Below are positions 57,755 through 64,000 of a DNA stretch of 64,000 nt, piece after piece (within the stretch, counting starts at the first letter, position 1; the number at the start of each line of letters is the position of its first letter). This DNA is from a virus (Duplodnaviria; Caudoviricetes). The notes beneath the pieces were generated by a model. It worked only from the letters and a program-made list of their open reading frames with translations. It ran no database searches and had not been told where the DNA came from. A program made the position numbers and the translations under genes. The stretch covers positions 1 to 64,000 of the IMG/VR virus record IMGVR_UViG_3300013936_000002, one strand, 5' to 3'.

Positions 57755-57973
57755 ATGAAATTAAAAGAAATTATAAAGTATTTTAGTAGATATGAAAAGA
57801 TAACATTATCATATAGAAATGAAAATGAACCAAAATTTGAGGGTATAGTGCTTGAACTATGTGATGGCACAATAATGCATGATAAATTATTAAATTCAAA
57901 AATAGTAAAAATTGGAGCTACTCTATTCAATTTATGTATTGAATTGAAAAAAGGAGAAAAAATAAGATTATGA
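57755..57973 (+). CDS. MKLx[DE] family small protein, paralog 5
   Basis: MKLKEII...KFEG. Confidence 0.65.
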   Translation: MKLKEIIKYFSRYEKITLSYRNENEPKFEGIVLELCDGTIMHDKLLNSKIVKIGATLFNLCIELKKGEKIRL

Positions 57974-58413
57974 AAATTAAATTAAAAGATTTAACAGCTA
58001 AACAATGGAACGACAACATGGGTTGCGAGTGTAACAAATATAAAGACTGTAATGGTTGTAGATTTAGATATATAGATTGCTCTACCTCAAACTTTGAAAG
58101 CTCATGGATTAATCACAAAGAAATATTCAATGATAAATTTTTAGATCAAGAAATAGAAATTGAAATGCCTGATATTTTAAATGAACAAGAAAAAGAATAT
58201 TTAAAAGCGGTTATCAAACCATTCAGAGATAGAGTTATTTCAATAAGAAAAAATTTTGATGTGTTTAAAGATGCTTACTCTATATTTATTTATATTAAGA
58301 GCACAATGGAGATAGGTAAAGTAGAAAGTATAGGTTTACCATTTTTCAAAAATAATATGTATATGGGAATGGAACACACCACAAATTATACTTTAGAAGA
58401 ATTAGGATTATAA
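57970..58413 (+). CDS. two-domain hypothetical protein (Cys-rich N-terminus; ...YTLEELGL C-terminus)
   Basis: CxC..C..C...C domain paralogous to the 58417 N-terminus. Confidence 0.7.
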   Translation: MKIKLKDLTAKQWNDNMGCECNKYKDCNGCRFRYIDCSTSNFESSWINHKEIFNDKFLDQEIEIEMPDILNEQEKEYLKAVIKPFRDRVISIRKNFDVFKDAYSIFIYIKSTMEIGKVESIGLPFFKNNMYMGMEHTTNYTLEELGL

Positions 58414-58416
58414 AAT

Positions 58417-59401
58417 ATGAAACAATCAATTAAATTGAAAAATATGGTAGAAGAACAATGGGAGCATTTTAAAATGAATGAATGTTATAATGAGATTATA
58501 GAATGTGAAAATTGTCCATTTAAGTATATTGATTGTAATGAATTTGAACTTGAAGATGCATGGGTTAACCATAAAGATTTATTTAGTGATAAATTTTTAG
58601 ATCAAGAAGTTGAAATAGAAGATGAAGAGCTATTATCTGAAGAAGATAAAGAAAAGGAAATAAAAATGGAATTAAACAAAATATATTTAGGAGATGCTTA
58701 CGAATTAATCAAACAAATTCCTGATAAAAGTATTGACTTAATTGTTACTGATCCACCTTATGAAATAAATAGTTTAACAGGTGGTGGTATGTTAAAAGAA
58801 AAAAGAATAGAAAATTTAATGGACAGTTTAGAAAATGAGAATCTACATATAGGAATTAAAGAAGATATTCTAAACGAATTTATAAGAGTTTGCAAAAAAA
58901 TAAATGTTTATATATGGTGCAATAAAACCTTGATTCCTAAGCTATTAGATTTTTTTGTTATCAAGCATAAATGTACATTTGATATAATCACTTGGCACAA
59001 AACAAATGCAATGCCTTTATGTGGTGGGAAATATTTAACCGATACAGAATATTGCTTATATTTCAAAGATGGAGTAAAACTTAATACAACTTATGATACA
59101 GCTAAAACTCATTATGAACTACCTATTAATATTCAAGATAAAGCACTTTATTCTCATCCTACTATTAAGCCAATACAAATTATTAAGAACTTAATAACTA
59201 ACTCAAGCCTTGAGGGGGGGGGTAGTGCTAGACCCATTTATAGGTTCAGGAACAACAGCTGTTGCATGTAAAGAATTAAATAGACAATTCATAGGTTTTG
59301 AATTAAATCCAAAGTTTTATGAAATTGCAAACGATAGATTAAATGATGTAACTCAAGTTGATAAAAAGAAAGAAGAACAAGGCTATATGAAATTGTTTTA
59401 G
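58417..59401 (+). CDS. beta-class DNA methyltransferase interrupted by a +1 frameshift in a G9 tract (likely phase-variable); internal start at 58666
   Basis: DPPY and HPTIKP in ORF 58417-59271; VLDPFIGSGTT...FIGFELN in the next frame; removing one G joins them as LEGGVVLDPF. Confidence 0.85.
59214..59222 (+). repeat. G9 homopolymer (contingency tract)
   Basis: CTTGA-GGGGGGGGG-TAGTG. Confidence 0.95.
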
Positions 59402-59413
59402 AAAGGAAAAAAC

Positions 59414-60944
59414 ATGAAAAAAGTTGATGAAGAACAAATATCTTTATTTAGTATGATATATGATGAATTTAAGATTACAAAACCAATTAGATTAATTGAA
59501 TTATTTGCAGGCTATGGAAGTCAATCATTAGCATTAAAATATTTAAATGTTAATTTTGAACATTGGAAAATTGCAGAATGGGCAGTAAAATCAATCATTG
59601 CTTATAAAGATTTACATTTTAGTGAAAATAATCAAGATTATTCCAAAAATTTAAGTTTTGAAGAAATAATTAATTATTTAAACGATTTAGGAATATCAAT
59701 GGATTATAATGAACCTATGAATTTAAAACAAATAAAATCTATGGGTGAAAATAAATGTCGTATGGTATTTAATGATATAAAAGCAAGTAATAATCTTGTT
59801 AATATATCAAAAGTGAAGGGGGGGGGATTTAAACATTGTTGATAGTGATAAGTTTCAATATATAATGACTTATTCCTATCCATGTTGAAAATGACAAGAT
59901 TTATCATTAGCTGGAAAGCAATTAGGAATGACTAAAGGTAGTGGAACAAGAAGCGGTTTATTATGGGAAGTAGAAAGAATTTTAGATGAATTAAAACAAG
60001 ATAATATTCAAGAAATGCCGATACTCTTAATGGAAAATGTTCCAGAAGTTCATTCTAAAAATAATATTAAAGATTTTAGATTATGGATTCAAAAATTAGA
60101 ATCCTTAGGTTATACAAATTTTTGTGAAGATTTAAATGCCAAAAATTATGGAATACCTCAAAATAGAGTTAGAACATTTATGATTTCTATTCCAAAAGAA
60201 TGTATATATTATTTTCCAAAAAAGAAAAAATTAGATATTTTATTAAAAGATTTATACATTAAAAATGTAGATGAAAAATATTTTTTAAAAAACAAACAAA
60301 TAAATGATATTATCCATTGGAAAGCACAACAAGATCCAATCGAAACAATGGATAAAGTAAATAAAACAGGTATTATACCTATTATAACTACAAGAAGTGG
60401 AGACTATACAGCTGGTATGATATTAATACCTATTAAAAATAATACTTCTCAAGGATATGAAATGGCAACATTTGGTGATGGTATTAATATTAGTGGTAGA
60501 ATGAAATATCAAAGAGGTAATGTGCAGCATGGATTATCTCAAACTTTAACTACTAAAAGTAATGTAGGTATTATTAATGAGTTACAATTACTTGGAAATG
60601 CAACAAATAAAACATTTAACAATGGAAAAGATATTCATCAACAAGATAGATGTTATAATGATAATTTATTGACAACTATTAATACTCATGTATTTCCATA
60701 TCATTTAGATAATTTAAGATTTAGAAGATTGATACCTAAAGAACATTTTAGGTTAATGGGAGTTAAAGATAAAGATTTTGAAAAAATTAAATTAAACCAA
60801 TCTGACCAATCATTATATCATTTAGCTGGGGATAGCATTGTTGCAACTTGTTTAATGGGTTTATTTGGACAATTATTAGGAATTAATTGGCAAGATAAAT
60901 TTAATATAAAAGAATGGTTTGATTATTTACCTAAAAAAATTTAA
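59414..60944 (+). pseudogene. C5-cytosine methyltransferase (M.SssI-like N-terminus) disrupted by a G9 frameshift and a 9-nt stop-containing insert
   Basis: LFAGYGS (motif I), YSYPC-[TGA AAA TGA]-QDLS (motif IV), GTRSGLLWE, LMENV (VI), QNRVR (VIII), LAGDSI (X). Confidence 0.85.
59818..59826 (+). repeat. G9 homopolymer (contingency tract)
   Basis: GTGAA-GGGGGGGGG-ATTTA. Confidence 0.95.
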
Positions 60945-60972
60945 AAAAGTAAGAAGAAAAGGAGATAAAATT

Positions 60973-61218
60973 ATGTGGATTAGAACACAAGATAGAGAAG
61001 AATTAGTTAATGCTGATAGAGTAAAAAATATATTTATAAATAAATTAATTAAATTAACAAATCCTAGATGGGAAATAAAAGCTGATGAATTAACTTTAGG
61101 TGTTTACACTTCTGAAGATAATGCTATTGATGTTTTAGCTTATATTCAAGAATGTATTTATTTAGGCAAAGCTGAAATGAATATGCCATTAGAAAAAGAT
61201 GGAGAGTTGTTAAAATAA
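60973..61218 (+). CDS. hypothetical protein
   Basis: Start refined to MWIRTQD after AAGGAG. Confidence 0.7.
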   Translation: MWIRTQDREELVNADRVKNIFINKLIKLTNPRWEIKADELTLGVYTSEDNAIDVLAYIQECIYLGKAEMNMPLEKDGELLK

Positions 61219-61219
61219 T

Positions 61220-61702
61220 ATGTTCGAAGAAGAAAAAGAATTTATAGATAATCAAATAAAAGGCATAAATTTATCATTAGATAATGTTAATGATTATGAT
61301 ACTGAAGATTATATTGAAGATTTAAATTGTGCATTAAAAACCTTTCAAAGTATAAAAAAGATAATTCTTGATTATGAAAAAGAAAATGAAGAAACAAAAA
61401 GTTTCCCAGAATGTTCAGAACTAGCATATAATGATGAATTGCCTTTAGTAAATACAATATTACAAAGAAACAATGAAATTCTTAGTTCACTTGTACAATT
61501 AGATGATGTATTACAAAAACTAGATAACAATACGATTGTTGCTGTTTATGATACAAGCAATAAAATATTATATGATGGATCAAAAGAAGATATCTATAAG
61601 TCAAATTTAGTAATTGATAATTTATATATTAATAATATTAAACTTTATGCTGATAAAAACATCAATCCATTTATGTTAATATTAGCAAAAAAATTAAATT
61701 AA
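61220..61702 (+). CDS. hypothetical protein
   Basis: 160-aa ORF. Confidence 0.65.
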   Translation: MFEEEKEFIDNQIKGINLSLDNVNDYDTEDYIEDLNCALKTFQSIKKIILDYEKENEETKSFPECSELAYNDELPLVNTILQRNNEILSSLVQLDDVLQKLDNNTIVAVYDTSNKILYDGSKEDIYKSNLVIDNLYINNIKLYADKNINPFMLILAKKLN

Positions 61703-61729
61703 ATAATTTAAAAAAGTTAAATGATTTTA

Positions 61730-61758
61730 TTTACATTTAACTTTTTTTATTGTATAAT
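61730..61758 (+). promoter_or_regulatory. phage consensus promoter
   Basis: TTTACA-TTTAAC...17 bp-TATAAT. Confidence 0.7.
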
Positions 61759-61787
61759 AAAATCAATAAAAGAAAGGAATTGATAGA

Positions 61788-62333
61788 ATGAAAAAAGTAA
61801 AAGTGTTATTATATTGTACTAAAGCAAAACCATTTTTGCTTGAGCATAAAACAGATGACAATCAAGTATTATATGTAACTACTGAATTTGGTAGTTTATA
61901 CTATTGGAGAATTAATCATAAAAAAGTATTAAATGGTAAAATTGTTGCTGAATGTGAAGTTGAAACCGAAGAAATTAGATTAAGTGAATATACATATTAT
62001 GATGATTGTAAGATAGCTTATTTTGATACTCCTACATTACTAAACGGTGAATTATTATACAAAAGTTGTTTAGATAATGGTGAATTAGAAAATTATCTTA
62101 TAAATCAAAAAGGGTATGCTTTACATATTAGCAATTTAAGAACATTTGATGAACCAAAAGGGTTATATGAATATAATATAATAAAAGCACCACAAAATAT
62201 GATGAGAGTATTTGATGATAATAGAAATAAATATATTTTAATTAGCGTTCAATCTGAATGGTTATGCAAAATCTTAAATGGTGAAAAAACTATTGGAGTT
62301 AGAAAAAAAGTTTTAAAGGAGATGCTAGAATGA
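61788..62333 (+). CDS. circularly permuted ASCH/PUA-like protein
   Basis: ILISVQSEWLCKILNGEKTIGVRK, normally the ASCH N-terminus, is at the C-terminus; N-terminus starts at VLLYCT...GKIVAEC. Confidence 0.65.
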   Translation: MKKVKVLLYCTKAKPFLLEHKTDDNQVLYVTTEFGSLYYWRINHKKVLNGKIVAECEVETEEIRLSEYTYYDDCKIAYFDTPTLLNGELLYKSCLDNGELENYLINQKGYALHISNLRTFDEPKGLYEYNIIKAPQNMMRVFDDNRNKYILISVQSEWLCKILNGEKTIGVRKKVLKEMLE

Positions 62334-62599
62334 GTAAAGAAATACGAATGGTAACTCTAAATAGAATAAAATACTGCTTATTAAGAATATTTGAAGCAGA
62401 AGATGATGATATTCCTAATCTTAAAATTATTGCAGCAAATGAAAGAGCAATTATGCATTATTTAAAAGGTTATTCTAAACATGAAAAAGATGAATTATTA
62501 AGACTTATTCGTTGGACTAATGATGCTAATGCTTCAGAATTAGAAAAACATGGTTGGAGAGTTATAAGAGAGAAAAATAAAAATGAACGAAAAAATTAA
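62330..62599 (+). CDS. hypothetical protein
   Basis: 89 aa, ATGA overlap with upstream gene. Confidence 0.65.
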   Translation: MSKEIRMVTLNRIKYCLLRIFEAEDDDIPNLKIIAANERAIMHYLKGYSKHEKDELLRLIRWTNDANASELEKHGWRVIREKNKNERKN

Positions 62600-62953
62600 A
62601 CTATACAAGCAAAGAAAAAAAGAAAAAAAGAAAAAATTAAAATATACAAACAAATAAAAGTTAAAGGAGTTAAATATAAACAAGCTATAGAAGCTGAAAA
62701 ATTTATTCACCCTGATTTCACTGATTTAGCAATATTTAAAGATAAAAAGGAAAATGGAATCATTCTTGATATTAAAACTGGATTAGTTGTTGCAATAGCA
62801 AAATGGAAGAAGCAAGTGATTAAAATTTTCAATGACATTTGTGCTGATTCATATTATGAATTTATTAAAACTAAAGAATATCAAAAAATAATTAAAGAAT
62901 TTAACGAGCTTGAAGAGTATCATCTAGAATTAAAGGAGATAAAAGAAAAATGA
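62583..62953 (+). CDS. hypothetical protein split by a -1 frameshift in an A-rich repeat (not in ORF track)
   Basis: ATG 62583 frame stops at 62657; the -1 frame runs to TGA 62953, overlapping the next ATG; A-AAA-AAG at 62624-62630. Confidence 0.6.
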
Positions 62954-63324
62954 GTAAAACGGATAAAAGCGACAATGAAATTTTACATAGTAGGTTCAAT
63001 GTAGAAGTACATTCAAAACACTTTATAAATTATTGTGAAGTAATTGTCTTACCTAATGGAGAAGTAGAATATGCAATCCCTTCACATGAAAGAAAAGCTA
63101 TTGAGATTTTTAAAAGACAATTTAATTTAAGTAATGAAGATTTAAATAATTTATCTAAGGAACTTTCAATAGAATATATTTGTGAAAAATGCCACCTAAT
63201 AATGTTATGGTATGAGTATGCTTTTACACCTATTAAAATAACTCAAGAACAAGTAAATACTTTAAATGAATTAATATCACATAAATGTATAAGTGAAAAT
63301 ATTTGGAAATATATTTATAAATAA
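62950..63324 (+). CDS. hypothetical protein
   Basis: FINYCEVIVLPNGEVEYAIPSH; AAGGAG RBS. Confidence 0.7.
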   Translation: MSKTDKSDNEILHSRFNVEVHSKHFINYCEVIVLPNGEVEYAIPSHERKAIEIFKRQFNLSNEDLNNLSKELSIEYICEKCHLIMLWYEYAFTPIKITQEQVNTLNELISHKCISENIWKYIYK

Positions 63325-63329
63325 ATTCT

Positions 63330-63788
63330 ATGAAAGGAAAAATTAAAATAATGAAACATTTTGAATATGAAGATAGATTAACAAAAAAGAAAAACCAAAA
63401 AGAAGTAGAGAAGAAAATATGCGAATCTTTAGGCTTTGATTTAAAAGAAGCACACCTTATTAATGAAGGCAAATATCAAATAAAAGATGATGTTATGATA
63501 CATAATGCAATAGATAAGTTAGGTCAATTAGAAGATATAGAGGAAAGACTAGGTATTAAATTGTTAACCTTAATCAAGGCGGTTGATAATAGAATCTATT
63601 CTAAAGAATATAATGAAATGAGAAAGGTTGATTTAACTCGTCTTGAATTGATACCTGGTTTTCCAATTACTGAGTATGAATATCCTTCCGAAGATTTATG
63701 CCTATATGATGATGATTTAGAAGAATGTTATTTTTTTAAAGATTATGGTAAAACATGGGCTTTAACAAAAAAGGAGATAAAAAAATGA
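63330..63788 (+). CDS. hypothetical protein (start may be 63351)
   Basis: KLGQLEDIEE...YGKTWALT segments. Confidence 0.7.
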   Translation: MKGKIKIMKHFEYEDRLTKKKNQKEVEKKICESLGFDLKEAHLINEGKYQIKDDVMIHNAIDKLGQLEDIEERLGIKLLTLIKAVDNRIYSKEYNEMRKVDLTRLELIPGFPITEYEYPSEDLCLYDDDLEECYFFKDYGKTWALTKKEIKK

Positions 63789-64000
63789 AATTAAAAGACT
63801 TATTAACAGGAACAGACATGGAACATTGCAAAATTAGAATTATAGAGGTAAGACCTAAACCTTTGCACAATATAGATATTGCTTATTTATACGATTTTAC
63901 AAAATATCAAATAAAAAATGGAATAGTTCAAGATTATTTAGATTTTAATATTTCAAAAATTAGAACAGATGAAGAAGGTTACATGGTTTTATTTTTAAGC
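63785..64000 (+). CDS. MKLx[DE] family small protein, paralog 6 (3'-partial)
   Basis: MKLKDLLTG...; AAGGAG RBS; open to window end. Confidence 0.6.
   Translation, partial: MKLKDLLTGTDMEHCKIRIIEVRPKPLHNIDIAYLYDFTKYQIKNGIVQDYLDFNISKIRTDEEGYMVLFLS

Noticed and set aside
59886-59894. TGA-to-Trp (code 4) recoding of the genome
   Set aside because: All other long ORFs are open in code 11 with TGG for Trp, and several genes end in ATGA stop/start overlaps (10339, 51727, 62330, 62950); PCWKWQD would also disrupt the catalytic motif.
1-64000. Integrase, repressor, CRISPR array, IS element or anti-CRISPR/Aca operon
   Set aside because: No recognisable motifs or repeat-spacer structure found by reading; absence was not confirmed by search.

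Overview
Very AT-rich (A+T fraction not computed), probably near-complete genome of a tailed dsDNA phage read in the standard code. It has a contractile-tail (myovirus) structural set that I assign from remembered motifs to the DUF1073 portal / DUF2213 protease / DUF2184 capsid / DUF4054 / DUF3383 / DUF2612 type. Layout: + strand 1-14.5 kb holds a DNA methylase, SF3 helicase, TerS, the recombination/replication genes and TerL; - strand 14.7-48.2 kb is morphogenesis; + strand 48.4-64 kb holds a SNF2 helicase, VRR-NUC, many small early genes and two more methylases. I saw no integrase, repressor, tRNA, CRISPR array, reverse transcriptase or recognisable endolysin. Most notable observations: (1) a set of head-module proteins built of unrelated modules joined by a recurring D-S-K-x(2-3)-D linker that also ends the capsid protein N-terminal leader, suggesting protease-processed polyprotein cargo in the capsid; (2) two adjacent methyltransferase genes, each thrown out of frame by a G9 tract (phase-variable methylome candidate), one also carrying a 9-nt TGAAAATGA insert in its catalytic motif; (3) several promoter/terminator-bounded or strongly base-paired non-coding segments, including a ~340-nt multi-stem RNA candidate; (4) a PolB with a degenerate motif B, a TerL with a second nuclease-like domain and a circularly permuted ASCH-like protein. 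All family names come from motif recognition, not database searches.
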